Positions 1-10,010 are shown, counted from the first letter of the stretch. The stretch: DNA of 62,089 nucleotides from an uncultured bacterium (GCA_903902315.1 CAIUUK010000013.1:1-62089); one strand, 5' to 3'. Notes: generated from the sequence alone by a model not told the origin. Numbers and translations are program-made.

Positions 1-342
1 ACTTGTGATAGCCATCTTGATTTCCATTGGGGCATATTCAAAAACTGGTACACCAACTTTGAGAGCTTGATATATGATAATTCCGCGCACTTCCGAAACA
101 CGCATAGCAGTCTTTTGGTTTTTTGTAATAAAGAGAGTCTCTATCGCCAAAGCATCAGGCTTATGTTTGGCGAGTATTTTCGTCACTTCATCGCCAAGTA
201 TCTTGAAACGATCATATATGGTGTCTTTCGCAGATGTGGTTATGCAATCAGAAAAAAGAACAGAATCTTTTCCTTTGGCTGATTTTTCTATGATGGCTAC
301 ACCAAGGCGGTCATAGCCTGGATCAATGCCGAGGATGATCAT
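1..342 (-). CDS. ruvC: Crossover junction endodeoxyribonuclease RuvC, N-terminal 114 codons; the 3' end runs off the window edge
   Basis: Not in the ORF track because there is no stop in the window. A reverse-strand ATG at 342-340 opens MIILGIDPGYDRLGVAIIEK...DALAIETLFITKNQKTAMRVSEVRG, a RuvC-type N-terminus with the GIDPG and IE motifs. The frame stays open to base 1. Confidence 0.85.
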   Translation of the reverse strand, partial: MIILGIDPGYDRLGVAIIEKSAKGKDSVLFSDCITTSAKDTIYDRFKILGDEVTKILAKHKPDALAIETLFITKNQKTAMRVSEVRGIIIYQALKVGVPVFEYAPMEIKMAITS

Positions 343-389
343 AGACTAATAGTAAACGGTAAATAGTAATCAGTAAACAGAGGGAGTGA

Positions 390-920
390 TTACTCCGCAT
401 TTGTGAAGACTTCCTGTACCTCGTCGTTATTTTCAAGCTCTTCAACCATCTTTGTGAGCAATTCAATATCAGCATCTTCGAGAGGCATGGTCGTCGTCGC
501 AATCCATTTACCAGATTCTTTTTTGAATGCCCACGATGCACTGCCAGGAGAGGCTAGTTCGAAACCATTGAGCGAAAGAATATGTTTAATTTCCTGGGCG
601 GCTTTGTTGCGGTTATCGGTAAGAGCTTCTATAAGTATTGCGATGCCACCGGGTCCATATGTTTCGTAAACGATCGACTCCATTTCGGCACTGTTATCTG
701 TCGTCGCTTTTTTTATTGCACGATCAATCGTGTCGTTTGGCATATTTTCACCGCGAGCTTTCTCGACAGCAGCCATGAGGCCTGGGGAGGTGAGGGCACC
801 ATGAGCCTTTTTTGCTTCTACTGTTATGAGACGGACCAGCTTGCCGAAATTCTTGCTCTTTTGAGCGTCGTTTTTGGCTTTGATATGTTTGATTTTTGAG
901 TATTTATTGTGGCCGGACAT
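390..920 (-). CDS. yebC: YebC/PmpR-family protein, compact form
   Basis: MSGHNKYSKIKHIKAKNDAQKSK...YETYGPGGIAILIEALTDNRNK...DEVQEVFTNAE matches the YebC pattern MAGHSKW...YEGYGPGG...DNRNR...DVQEV. The start was moved to the MSGH Met at 920; the ORF track begins at 938. Confidence 0.85.
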   Translation of the reverse strand: MSGHNKYSKIKHIKAKNDAQKSKNFGKLVRLITVEAKKAHGALTSPGLMAAVEKARGENMPNDTIDRAIKKATTDNSAEMESIVYETYGPGGIAILIEALTDNRNKAAQEIKHILSLNGFELASPGSASWAFKKESGKWIATTTMPLEDADIELLTKMVEELENNDEVQEVFTNAE

Positions 921-959
921 GGTGGTTAAACTGTACACCCAAGGGCGTATTAAATCAAT

Positions 960-1820
960 TTACTTCAATTTCATTCTTACAGCTTTAATCTCATCGTTTT
1001 GCCTCTTTTTCAGTTCACGCATTTCTTTTTTGTGTCTTGATTGCATCTTTTTAATATCCTCGGCAGGAGGAAGTGATTCCGGATAGATGTTTGACTTAAC
1101 CAAAACACCTCTAACGTTCGTGTTATTTGTAACATGTTCGTTCAATATAGGGCCTTTTCCTTGAAGATTCTTCTTTCTAGTATTCTCTGATGTTATCGCA
1201 GCCGCAAACTCTTTGGCTGAAATAGTTACTTTTGGTAATACGTCCGCCAAAGGGGTATTTTTACCTGCACCTAACTTCCTCTTCATATCGTCTGTTGATT
1301 TGCCTCCAAAAAGTGCTTTATCACCGAAGCTTCTAATCTCTGATAGTCCGCGGCCATCCACACCCCTGCCAAAGACAAGTGCCGCAAAATCTTTTTCAGT
1401 TACGCTTAACTTTTCTCTAGCCGTGAGTCTCTCCAATTCAGTCATTCTCTGTTCAATAAGCTCCATTTTTCTGGTTTGTGTAGCAAAGTATGCTTGAGCG
1501 AAGGCAATCTCAGTCTTTCGGGGGTCGCCATTTAATGTAATTAAATAACAAGCATACCGAGTTAATTTTATGTCATCTATTTCTTTTTCTGCTCCACTGC
1601 CTATACTGACCATCTTCCTGACGCCAGGAAAATGGTCTACAACTGAACCTTTAGATTTTTCACATGCCTCCTTTGCTCTATCAATGGCGGTCTGAAAATT
1701 TTCCCATTTGGTATAACCTAGTAATGGATATAAATCCCTTGCATACCAGTATTCAACACCGTTTTGGCGACGGTTATCATCAAAGGTCTTGTACAAAGTT
1801 TGTAACTGATTAGATTCCAT
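960..1820 (-). CDS. dinD: DNA-damage-inducible protein D-like (DinD, BRO-N-type N-terminal domain)
   Basis: WYARDLYPLLGYTKWENFQTAIDRAKEACEKS...LTRYACYLITLNGDPRK...AQAYFATQTRK is colinear with E. coli DinD as I recall it (WSARQLGKLLGY...RAKEACENS...LSRYACYLVVQNGDP...GQTYFAIQTR). Confidence 0.75.
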   Translation of the reverse strand: MESNQLQTLYKTFDDNRRQNGVEYWYARDLYPLLGYTKWENFQTAIDRAKEACEKSKGSVVDHFPGVRKMVSIGSGAEKEIDDIKLTRYACYLITLNGDPRKTEIAFAQAYFATQTRKMELIEQRMTELERLTAREKLSVTEKDFAALVFGRGVDGRGLSEIRSFGDKALFGGKSTDDMKRKLGAGKNTPLADVLPKVTISAKEFAAAITSENTRKKNLQGKGPILNEHVTNNTNVRGVLVKSNIYPESLPPAEDIKKMQSRHKKEMRELKKRQNDEIKAVRMKLK

Positions 1821-2044
1821 GCAGATAATTTTATCACTACAAAAAAGCTTGGGAACTTACCAAGAGGAATTATTTATTCTGTAGTTTTATGGTAGTATTA
1901 AGGAATGGAAAAGTTTAATGGAATACAACTGAAACCTCCTATATTACAGAAAAAGAAAGAGAAGCTTTTGATAAAGCAGAGAAAAGAACAAAGAATGATC
2001 TTGAGAGAAGACTGGTTTCTGATATAGAATCGACAGGGTCGTAT

Positions 2045-2458
2045 TTGCTTGCAGTTTTAAATAATAAAGAAAAATATTCCGAATCAATGATCATTAATAG
2101 TGATGGAGAGATCGAACGCCACACTTTTATGGATAATGCCAATAGAAATATACTTGAAGGTGCAAAAAGCTTTGATGTAAGCCGGGAAGGATTGAATAAA
2201 TTGATAGAAGGCGTTGAGAAAAGATTTAAACACCTTAGATTCGAGATCGATGAAGCTGATGGCGAGATAACTCTAACGGTTGAGAATTTGATCAAGAAAG
2301 GAGCCTTTGTTAATTGGATTAATCAGGGCGCCAATCAATGGTCTGAACCAAGGCAGATTGTTCATATAAGTGAGGATGGCAAATATGCTTTTTTTGACGG
2401 AAGCATGTCCGGAATCCCTGTTAGTCAGTTGGAATTACCAGAGGCAGAGTTTGTTTAG
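2045..2458 (+). CDS. Hypothetical protein; the 5' end is uncertain
   Basis: ORF-track ORF with a TTG start. The same frame is open and protein-like back to 1919 without a canonical start. An ATG at 1905 lies in another frame. Confidence 0.4.
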   Translation: MLAVLNNKEKYSESMIINSDGEIERHTFMDNANRNILEGAKSFDVSREGLNKLIEGVEKRFKHLRFEIDEADGEITLTVENLIKKGAFVNWINQGANQWSEPRQIVHISEDGKYAFFDGSMSGIPVSQLELPEAEFV

Positions 2459-2489
2459 TAGGAAATAATTCTTGTATAAGAACTTTTAA

Positions 2490-3521
2490 TTATAGTAACT
2501 TCGCGTGACCCTTTTCACCCAAATGCGCATATGCTTTATCTGTTGCAATACGTCCACGAGGCGTCCTTTCAAGCAAACCCAACTGAATCAAGTAAGGTTC
2601 ATAAACCTCTTCTATAGTAGCCATCTCCTCTGATAGGGCAGCGGCAACGGTATTCAACCCAACAGGACCTCCGCCAAATTTATGGATGATGACTTTGAGA
2701 ATATCACGATCGGCGGCAGTGAGTCCGAGAATATCGACACCAAGCATGGTTAACGCTTTCTCGACAGACGCGCGATCGAGGTCGGTTTTGTGAATTTGGG
2801 CGAAATCACGACATCTTTTGAGATGATAGTTGGCTGTTCGTGGAGTAAAGCGTGAACGAACAGCTATTTCGCGAACAGCATCGTCGTGAATGGTGATACC
2901 GAGTATTTTGGCGGACCTTTTTATAATCTCACCAATTTCTTCGTTTGAGTAAAATTCGAGTTTGAAAACACCACCTGAAAAACGGCTACGTAGGGGGCTG
3001 GAAATCATGGCTATCCGAGTGGTAGCTGCGATGAGGGTAAAAGGAGGTAAATCGAGTTGTATTGTCCTTGCTGATGGACCTTTGCCTATGATAATATCTA
3101 ATACTCCGGACTCCATTGCAGGGTATAGAACTTCCTCTATAGCTTTGTTGAGTCTATGTATTTCGTCAATAAAAAGTATATCTCCGGCAGAAAGATTCGT
3201 GAGGACCGACGCTAGATCGCCGACCTTGAGAATTGCGGGGCCGGAAGTTACTTTCATTTGAGCACCGTTCTCTTTGGCTATGAGATGAGCCAGAGTTGTC
3301 TTGCCGAGACCTGGAGGTCCATAAAAAAGGATATGTTCAGGTGGGTGAGCTCGTTCGCGAGCAGCGGTTAGAAGAATATGGAGGTTATCCTTGATGTTTT
3401 TTTGACCGATATAATCGTCCCAACGGGAAGGACGGAGGGTTTGGTCGAGAAAACCCACCTCTTTATCGTCGACATGAGAGTCGCTAGGGGAACCGTGTGA
3501 TTGTTGAGAAGTACTTGACAT
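2490..3521 (-). CDS. ruvB: Holliday junction branch-migration ATPase RuvB
   Basis: Walker A GPPGLGKTTLA, FIDEIHRL and the TRxxxxSxPLRSRF sensor region. The length is typical at 343 aa. Confidence 0.95.
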   Translation of the reverse strand: MSSTSQQSHGSPSDSHVDDKEVGFLDQTLRPSRWDDYIGQKNIKDNLHILLTAARERAHPPEHILFYGPPGLGKTTLAHLIAKENGAQMKVTSGPAILKVGDLASVLTNLSAGDILFIDEIHRLNKAIEEVLYPAMESGVLDIIIGKGPSARTIQLDLPPFTLIAATTRIAMISSPLRSRFSGGVFKLEFYSNEEIGEIIKRSAKILGITIHDDAVREIAVRSRFTPRTANYHLKRCRDFAQIHKTDLDRASVEKALTMLGVDILGLTAADRDILKVIIHKFGGGPVGLNTVAAALSEEMATIEEVYEPYLIQLGLLERTPRGRIATDKAYAHLGEKGHAKLL

Positions 3522-3587
3522 TTAAATAGTTATATGCTAGTGTTATGAGGTCGTTGAAATAACGTTTGATTCCAGCAGGTTTTCATT

Positions 3588-3749
3588 CGAACCCATAATT
3601 CTCTAAGCAATGGCCTTCCCAGGTTTGGGTATAGTGCTAAGGACATTTTGGTTGCAATACTCCGGTATCGCGTACTGAAATTATCCTCGGGACTCTACCT
3701 CGCTTGACTCATCACGAGACAAGATTTTGCTTAGAGAATTCTGTGTTCG
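3588..3749. ncRNA. Unclassified structured element: a 22-position long-range stem enclosing about 118 nt with local hairpins
   Basis: 3588-3609 (cgaacccataattctctaagca) pairs with 3728-3749 (tgcttagagaattctgtgttcg) at 20 of 22 positions, 13 of them contiguous. Inner hairpins include CCCA-GGTT-TGGG at 3618-3629. It lies in a 361-nt gap with no ORF. Confidence 0.3.
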
Positions 3750-3882
3750 ATCTCATTTAAGGAACTTGACTCAAAGTTCGAATTTGCTGATTCCTCTATT
3801 TTTTATCCTAGCGCTATGCACAGGAAAAAAGCAATTGACACCACACAGCATTTTCTGTTTTAACGATATTTTTAAGGAGTAA

Positions 3883-5556
3883 CTAATCTGTGAGTGTAAT
3901 AACGCGTTCGAGTTCTGCAAGGGAAGTGACACCGGCGAGGATTTTTAGAACACCATCTTGTTTCATTGTCAGGATTCCTTGACCTTTTGCTGCATCCCAA
4001 ATCTCGCGTTCACTGGAGCTTTTTTGCACAGCTAATTCAACTTTTTTATTCATTAATATAGCTTCATAAATACCAATACGCCCTTTATAACCAGTGTGGT
4101 TACATTTGTCACAGCCAACTGGTTCCCACATCTTGCTTCTATCTGTAGGAATTACAGACTTATCTTCTATACCATTTACTATTGTTTCTATTTCGTTTTG
4201 GTTTTGTCCATCAAGCATGACTTCTTTTTTACAGTCATTACAAAGACGACGAACGAGACGCTGTGCCATAGAGACACGAAGAGCAGAAGGAATGATTGTT
4301 GGATTTGCACCAAGATCAATCAAACGAGGGAATGTTCCGGCTGCGTCGTTGGTGTGGAGAGTAGAGAAGACGAGGTGACCAGTGAGAGCTGAGTTGATGG
4401 CGATGTTGGCAGTATCACCATCTCGGATTTCACCGACCATGATGATGTCAGGGTCTTGGCGAACTGCAGCACGCAATCCTTCGGCGAAAGTATAACCTTT
4501 GTCATTGACTTGAGTTTGAACAATACCAGGCATGTGATATTCGATAGGGTCTTCGAGTGTAATTATCTTTACTTCTGAATTGTGAACTTTTTGTAGAAAA
4601 GCATACAAGGTTGTAGTTTTACCTGAACCAGTTGGACCAGTCGTGAGAATCATACCGTCCGGACGATTGATTTCTTCATTTAATATTGCAAGCAATTTTG
4701 GATTTATACCCATACTATCGAGAGAGACACGGATTGATCGTGGGTCGAGGAGACGCATGACGATTGATTCATTATAAGCACCTGGGAGAATAGACACACG
4801 AACTTCTATATCACCGGTTGCCAAACGAATACTGAAACGACCATCCTGTGAGTCTTTTTTTATATTTAGCTTCATGCCAGAGATAAGCTTGATACGAGAA
4901 AGTAGAAGCCCGTAAGTCTCAATGTCGATACGCATAAGTTCTTGGAGAACACCATCTAAACGATAACGAAGTAAAATATAACCTTCTTCTGGTTCAAGGT
5001 GCACATCAGATGCTCCGACAGCCAAAGCTCCAGCCACAATTGTTTCTAAAATTCGAGAAACACGATAACTTTTCTTTGCAGACATTGTGTTTCCAAGAAT
5101 AGAAATAACGGTTGGAAGACTTTTGGCTTGATTGATTATTTCTGTGATTTCGTCACTTGAAATTTCAAGTGAACCGGCTCGACTTTCATAAGCGAAAGAC
5201 AGGTCTTTGTACATTTTCCAGGCTTTTTCGAGGCCCTGAGTCGAAGTTATATGGATTTCAGGTTCATAACCTTTCTCTTTTAATCCAGCAACTACATCAG
5301 CGGTTTTCTGATCCTCAGGATTTCTTGCTGCTACTTTTATTTTTTTATTTACCATTGCAAATCCAGCAACCAAAGCGGCTCTGGCGGTTTGTTCATCAAT
5401 CAGACGAAGGGCGTCTGTGTTAACCGGAGTATTTAACAAGTTTACATAATCAACACCGTATTTTGCGGACATGATCTGCACCATCTCCTCTTCCTCTTGA
5501 TGGAGAAGGTTGCCAATTCTTTGCTTCTGCTTGTCTTCATCAAATTGGATAGTCAT
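3883..5556 (-). CDS. pilB: Type IV pilus assembly ATPase PilB (GspE family)
   Basis: GPTGSGKTTTLY Walker A, the GEIRD motif, the TGHLVFSTLHTN His box and a tetracysteine cluster (CNDC...CDKC). The start was set at the MTIQFDEDK Met at 5556. Confidence 0.9.
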   Translation of the reverse strand: MTIQFDEDKQKQRIGNLLHQEEEEMVQIMSAKYGVDYVNLLNTPVNTDALRLIDEQTARAALVAGFAMVNKKIKVAARNPEDQKTADVVAGLKEKGYEPEIHITSTQGLEKAWKMYKDLSFAYESRAGSLEISSDEITEIINQAKSLPTVISILGNTMSAKKSYRVSRILETIVAGALAVGASDVHLEPEEGYILLRYRLDGVLQELMRIDIETYGLLLSRIKLISGMKLNIKKDSQDGRFSIRLATGDIEVRVSILPGAYNESIVMRLLDPRSIRVSLDSMGINPKLLAILNEEINRPDGMILTTGPTGSGKTTTLYAFLQKVHNSEVKIITLEDPIEYHMPGIVQTQVNDKGYTFAEGLRAAVRQDPDIIMVGEIRDGDTANIAINSALTGHLVFSTLHTNDAAGTFPRLIDLGANPTIIPSALRVSMAQRLVRRLCNDCKKEVMLDGQNQNEIETIVNGIEDKSVIPTDRSKMWEPVGCDKCNHTGYKGRIGIYEAILMNKKVELAVQKSSSEREIWDAAKGQGILTMKQDGVLKILAGVTSLAELERVITLTD

Positions 5557-5581
5557 GAGAACATTATAGTATACTTTGAGT

Positions 5582-6070
5582 ATGAAATCTCTCACTTCAC
5601 ATTCGCTTGCTGAAACCAAACAGATAGCCAAAAACTGGTTATTTTCAATTTCAAATACTTATGCCAATCACGACGGAGCACTCGTTGTTGGTCTTTCTGG
5701 TCACCTCGGTGCAGGTAAGACAGCTTTTACAAAGGCCGTTGCGACTTTGCTGGGTGTTGAAGAAGAGATAACAAGTCCAACTTTTGTGATTATGAAGATG
5801 TACAGCATTAATGATCAAGTCTCAATTATCAATGATCAAAAGGGCGCACAAACAGTTGAAACGCCATGGAAAAGATTGGTCCACATAGACGCTTATCGAT
5901 TGGAAAAGAGGGAAGAGTTGGTTGCGCTTGATTGGGAAAAGTTAGTTGCTGATAAAAATAATTTGATTTTAATGGAGTGGCCAGAAAATGTTGGTCTAAA
6001 AGAGTTTGGACCGTTGGCACATCTTTCTTTTGATTCTATTGATGGGACTTATAAGATAACGATTGAATAA
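5582..6070 (+). CDS. tsaE: tRNA t6A37 biosynthesis protein TsaE
   Basis: GLSGHLGAGKTAFTKAV...TSPTF...HIDAYRL, the signature of the TsaE/YjeE P-loop family. Confidence 0.85.
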   Translation: MKSLTSHSLAETKQIAKNWLFSISNTYANHDGALVVGLSGHLGAGKTAFTKAVATLLGVEEEITSPTFVIMKMYSINDQVSIINDQKGAQTVETPWKRLVHIDAYRLEKREELVALDWEKLVADKNNLILMEWPENVGLKEFGPLAHLSFDSIDGTYKITIE

Positions 6071-6088
6071 ATAGTGTACAATTGAGCC

Positions 6089-8482
6089 ATGAAAAGACTT
6101 ATTCTCCTAGATGCTCACGCTATACTTCATCGCGCGTATCATGCGTTGCCAGATTTTGCGACATCAAAAGGCGAACCGACTGGTGCGTTGTATGGCCTTT
6201 CGACTATGCTCATAAAGATCATCGAGGATTTGAAACCAGACTATATAGTAGCTTGTTACGACTTGAAAGGACCAACCTATCGTCATGAAATATATAAAGA
6301 GTACAAAGCTGGTCGCCAGAAGACAGATGATGATTTGATTAAACAAATAAACAGATCTCGCGATGTTTTTCATGCACTGAATATTCCTATTTATGATAAA
6401 GCGGGATTCGAGGCCGATGATATTATTGGGACGATTGTTGAAAAGGTTCAAGGTCAAAGGTTAAAGGTTAAAGAAAACGGAGGAGACAAGATTGAGACTA
6501 TTATCGCTTCTGGTGATATGGATACGATGCAGCTCATCAGCGGAGAGGACGTGAAAGTCTATACGCTCAAGAAGGGGATCAAGGACACAATTATGTATGA
6601 CGAAGATGCTATAAAAGAGCGTTTTGGTTTTGGACCGGAATTAATTCCAGATTACAAAGGTCTTCGTGGCGACCCTTCTGATAATATTCCAGGAATAAAA
6701 GGAATTGGAGAAAAAAGTGGCACAGCTTTGATAACAGCTTTTGGCACGATTGAGAACATGTACAAAGAGCTTGAAGCTGGGCATGAGGTAAAGTTTACCA
6801 AGGCTGGTATGACACCCAGATTAATACAACTGTTGAAGGATAATAAAGAAGAAGCCGAATTCAGCAAGATGTTGGCCACGATTCGTCGTGATGCACCTAT
6901 AGATTTTGTATTACCAGAGAAGTTGTTCAAGGAAGGCTTGGATGTAAAAAAGGCTGGTGCTTTTTGGACAGAACTTGAATTTAGGACTTTGTTACCACGA
7001 CTTGAAAAAGCAGTAAATGGAAAACCATCAGAGTTATTCGATAGTATACAAAAGCCTGCAGAAATAATCGATCCTACAGAGCTTGAGAAAACTGCTTTGG
7101 CACTCTGGGTTGTTACATCAAATATAACCAATCCAAAAATCGAGGACATATATGCTTTTGCAAATAAAGATGGAAGTAGTACCAACGATTTTGCTGCAGC
7201 AACAAAAATAATTTTTGCTGAGCTTGATAGGCGCGGTTTGCGAAAGGTTTATGAGACGATTGAGCTTCCTTTAATCCCTATAATTCATGGCATGGAAAAG
7301 AGGGGAATCAAGATAGATAAAAAAATGCTTGTTGATTTATCGAAGAAATATAGCGCAGTTTTAGCTGGACTTGAGAAAAATATTTGGAAGGAGGCTGGTG
7401 TGGAATTTAATATTGCTTCGCCGAAACAATTGGGCGAGATTCTTTTTGATAAACTTAATCTCAAACCAAAGAATGCCAAGAAGACAGAAGGGGGAGCTCG
7501 TTCGACCAAAGAATCAGAACTAGAAAAGATGCGTGGTATGCACCCTATAGTTCCTTATATATTTGAATATCGCGAGATTTCAAAGTTACTTTCAACATAT
7601 ATAGATGCTATTCCGCCCTTACTTGATGAGAATAATCGTTTGCATACTCATTTTGTCCAAACAGGAACAACGACTGGTCGCATGGCTTCTGTTGAACCAA
7701 ATCTCCAGAACATTCCAATCAAATCAGAACTTGGAAAAAATATTCGCTATGCATTTATTCCAGAGAGAGGTTTCAAACTTGTTTCTTTTGATTATTCTCA
7801 GATGGAATTACGCATTGCAGCTTTCATGTCTCATGATGAAAAGCTAATTGAAATCTTTAGGAAAGGGGACGATGTTCACACGGCCGTAGCATCTTCGGTT
7901 TTCAAGGTGCCGTCGACCGAGGTAACTTCAGAAATGCGTCGTAGAGCAAAGGTAATTAACTTTGGCATCATATATGGCATGGGTGTAAATGCACTTAAAC
8001 AAAACCTTGATTCAACTCGTGAAGAAGCGCAGACTTTTTTAAATGAATATTTTGCTACATTTTCGACACTTGCTAGTTATTTGGATAATGTAAAAGCTGA
8101 AACAGCTCGTCGTGGTTATACAGAGACTTTTTATGGTCGTCGCCGTTATTTTGAAGGCATAAAATCCAAGATTCCTTTTGTTCGCGCGGCCGCTGAACGC
8201 ATGGCAATCAATGCGCCGATTCAAGGAACTGAAGCTGATGTTATCAAATTAGCCATGATTAAGATTGACGAGTATGTTCGCGCCGAGAAGTTGGAGGAAA
8301 TTGTTTATCTTTTATTACAAGTCCACGACGAACTTGTCTGTGAGATTCGCGAAGATAAAGCCGAAGAAATTTCAAAGAAAATAACGAAAATCATGCAAGA
8401 GGTTATGGATCCAAAAGATATTGAAGGTATTGTTTTGACTGCACAAGCAAATGTCGGAAATAGTTGGGGTGAGTTGAAATAA
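6089..8482 (+). CDS. polA: DNA polymerase I
   Basis: N-terminal 5'-nuclease region (LLDAHAILHRAYHA, GIKGIGEKSG). Pol A motifs DYSQMELRI, RRRAKVINFGIIYG and QVHDELV. Confidence 0.95.
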   Translation: MKRLILLDAHAILHRAYHALPDFATSKGEPTGALYGLSTMLIKIIEDLKPDYIVACYDLKGPTYRHEIYKEYKAGRQKTDDDLIKQINRSRDVFHALNIPIYDKAGFEADDIIGTIVEKVQGQRLKVKENGGDKIETIIASGDMDTMQLISGEDVKVYTLKKGIKDTIMYDEDAIKERFGFGPELIPDYKGLRGDPSDNIPGIKGIGEKSGTALITAFGTIENMYKELEAGHEVKFTKAGMTPRLIQLLKDNKEEAEFSKMLATIRRDAPIDFVLPEKLFKEGLDVKKAGAFWTELEFRTLLPRLEKAVNGKPSELFDSIQKPAEIIDPTELEKTALALWVVTSNITNPKIEDIYAFANKDGSSTNDFAAATKIIFAELDRRGLRKVYETIELPLIPIIHGMEKRGIKIDKKMLVDLSKKYSAVLAGLEKNIWKEAGVEFNIASPKQLGEILFDKLNLKPKNAKKTEGGARSTKESELEKMRGMHPIVPYIFEYREISKLLSTYIDAIPPLLDENNRLHTHFVQTGTTTGRMASVEPNLQNIPIKSELGKNIRYAFIPERGFKLVSFDYSQMELRIAAFMSHDEKLIEIFRKGDDVHTAVASSVFKVPSTEVTSEMRRRAKVINFGIIYGMGVNALKQNLDSTREEAQTFLNEYFATFSTLASYLDNVKAETARRGYTETFYGRRRYFEGIKSKIPFVRAAAERMAINAPIQGTEADVIKLAMIKIDEYVRAEKLEEIVYLLLQVHDELVCEIREDKAEEISKKITKIMQEVMDPKDIEGIVLTAQANVGNSWGELK

Positions 8483-8518
8483 AAATTCTAAATTCAAAAT
8501 AATAATTTCCAAACTATT

Positions 8519-9217
8519 ATGTTATATGTATATCACGGACCAGATATAAATAAGTCTCTAGATAAAGCACGAACGCTGGCTAATTCTCTGCGAACAAAGA
8601 GGCCAGATGCTACATATATCGAAGTTGAAAAGGATTCATGGTCACCGTCGATTGTTGAAGAAAATATCGGAGGACAAGGTCTGTTTTCGAGTAAATACAT
8701 CGTCTTTTTAAATCGCGTGACAGAGAGCGCTGATGCAAAAGAATCATTGCCAGATTTGATACAAGTGATGAATGAGTCGACGAATATCTTTATCTTACTG
8801 GAAGCGAAATTAAATACAGATCTAAAAAAAGCAGTTGAGAAATATGCGGAGAAAATCGTGGAGACGGGTGATAAAGGGGAAGGACGACCAGTAAGTCGGG
8901 CCGATGGAGGCCAGGGGTCAGGCAAAGATGAGTTTAATATTTTCGCTTTAGCAGATGCGGTTGGATCTCGAAACACGCTCAAATCCTGGACACTCTACCG
9001 ACAAGCGGTCGACAGCGGTCTTGAAGCCGAGAATATCATCGGTGTACTTTTTTGGAAGGTTAAGTCAATGATTACTGCGACAAATACAAGTAATTATTCA
9101 AACAATGAATTACACACGCTTTTGACTGATTTGATTACCATTTACCATGATGGTCATAGGGGAATAATTAATTCTGAACTGGCACTGGAGAAAAGGATGT
9201 TATCGCTTAAGAATTAG
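8519..9217 (+). CDS. holA: DNA polymerase III delta subunit-like protein
   Basis: Weak call. It rests on size, an N-terminal YVYHGPD-type start, position after polA and general delta-subunit-like helical composition. No strong motif was recognised. Confidence 0.4.
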   Translation: MLYVYHGPDINKSLDKARTLANSLRTKRPDATYIEVEKDSWSPSIVEENIGGQGLFSSKYIVFLNRVTESADAKESLPDLIQVMNESTNIFILLEAKLNTDLKKAVEKYAEKIVETGDKGEGRPVSRADGGQGSGKDEFNIFALADAVGSRNTLKSWTLYRQAVDSGLEAENIIGVLFWKVKSMITATNTSNYSNNELHTLLTDLITIYHDGHRGIINSELALEKRMLSLKN

Positions 9218-9294
9218 AAACAGATATAACTGTGCGGGTTGTGGTACGAAGTTGGAACTATTCTAGCACAAAGCCTATTATGAACATAAGTTAT

Positions 9295-9969
9295 TTATTT
9301 AAGATAATTAATGAAATCTTTACCAAGCTTTGTCAGTCGGTATGACGAGAATCCTCCATCGTAGGTTGCCTCCATGGAACCATTCATTAGGCCGACACTA
9401 TTAAACGTCGAATAGTGTTCAGCGATTTCGTACATTCCGTATGTTTCATTCCTTAACTTCAGAATCATTTCAACTTGGTGTAAATTGAAAAAATTACCTA
9501 ATTTTATATTAGCTGCTCCATCAGGTTGCGACGCAACCCATCTATCAAAAGTTCCGTCAGAATAGATAGAAAGAATGTGCAAATTTTCCTCTGAAAGCTG
9601 ACTAAGAATAAAGTTGAACTTCTCTAGCTCAAATGAACGTTTGTCTTCTGATTTTGTAAATCCACAAAAAATGTCTCGTGCTATTTTTCTTTTATTTTCG
9701 CTTCGCTCGACAATATATTTTTCAAGCATATACACAAATCCGTCTTGAAATTCTTCGGTATTAATAATTTCATCAACAAATATATCAGGTTTGTTTTTAA
9801 CCATTTCGATGAATTCGAGTGCCCTATTTTCTCTAAGTTTCATACCTGCGCCAAATAAAGCCTTACACAAAGCCCAGGCAGCTGCAACACCGGGATGAAT
9901 TGTAGCTGCTATAACATCAGCAGTGCCTAGCGCACTTGCTTTAAGTATTTCCTTATCTACACCGTTCAT
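9295..9969 (-). CDS. Hypothetical protein, 224 aa (element cargo)
   Basis: Clean ORF with its own upstream region. It has a Gly/Ala-rich amphipathic N-terminus (GTADVIAATIHPGVAAAWALCKALFGAG). No family was recognised. Confidence 0.5.
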   Translation of the reverse strand: MNGVDKEILKASALGTADVIAATIHPGVAAAWALCKALFGAGMKLRENRALEFIEMVKNKPDIFVDEIINTEEFQDGFVYMLEKYIVERSENKRKIARDIFCGFTKSEDKRSFELEKFNFILSQLSEENLHILSIYSDGTFDRWVASQPDGAANIKLGNFFNLHQVEMILKLRNETYGMYEIAEHYSTFNSVGLMNGSMEATYDGGFSSYRLTKLGKDFINYLK

Positions 9970-10010
9970 GAAAGTTTGTGGTTACTTTAAGTAATATGTC
10001 ATAGTTTACC

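Noticed and set aside
3541-3805. tmRNA, RNase P RNA or SRP RNA in the pilB-ruvB gap
   Set aside because: Neither strand gives a 7-bp acceptor stem plus canonical T arm and ACCA end. There is no GAGGAAAGUCC/ACAGAA-type RNase P core; the nearest match, GAGGTAGAGTCCCGAGG on the reverse strand, has no matching P4 partner. There is no SRP domain IV motif. It is kept only as an unclassified structured element.
6652-7185. Long antisense ORFs inside polA, the holA-like gene, the PRTase gene, the COG0523 gene and others (for example 6652-7185, 8533-8982, 50537-51193, 46872-47186)
   Set aside because: They are shadow ORFs on the opposite strand of genes with clear family motifs. Their translations are low-complexity (Ser/Leu/Phe-rich) and have no motifs.
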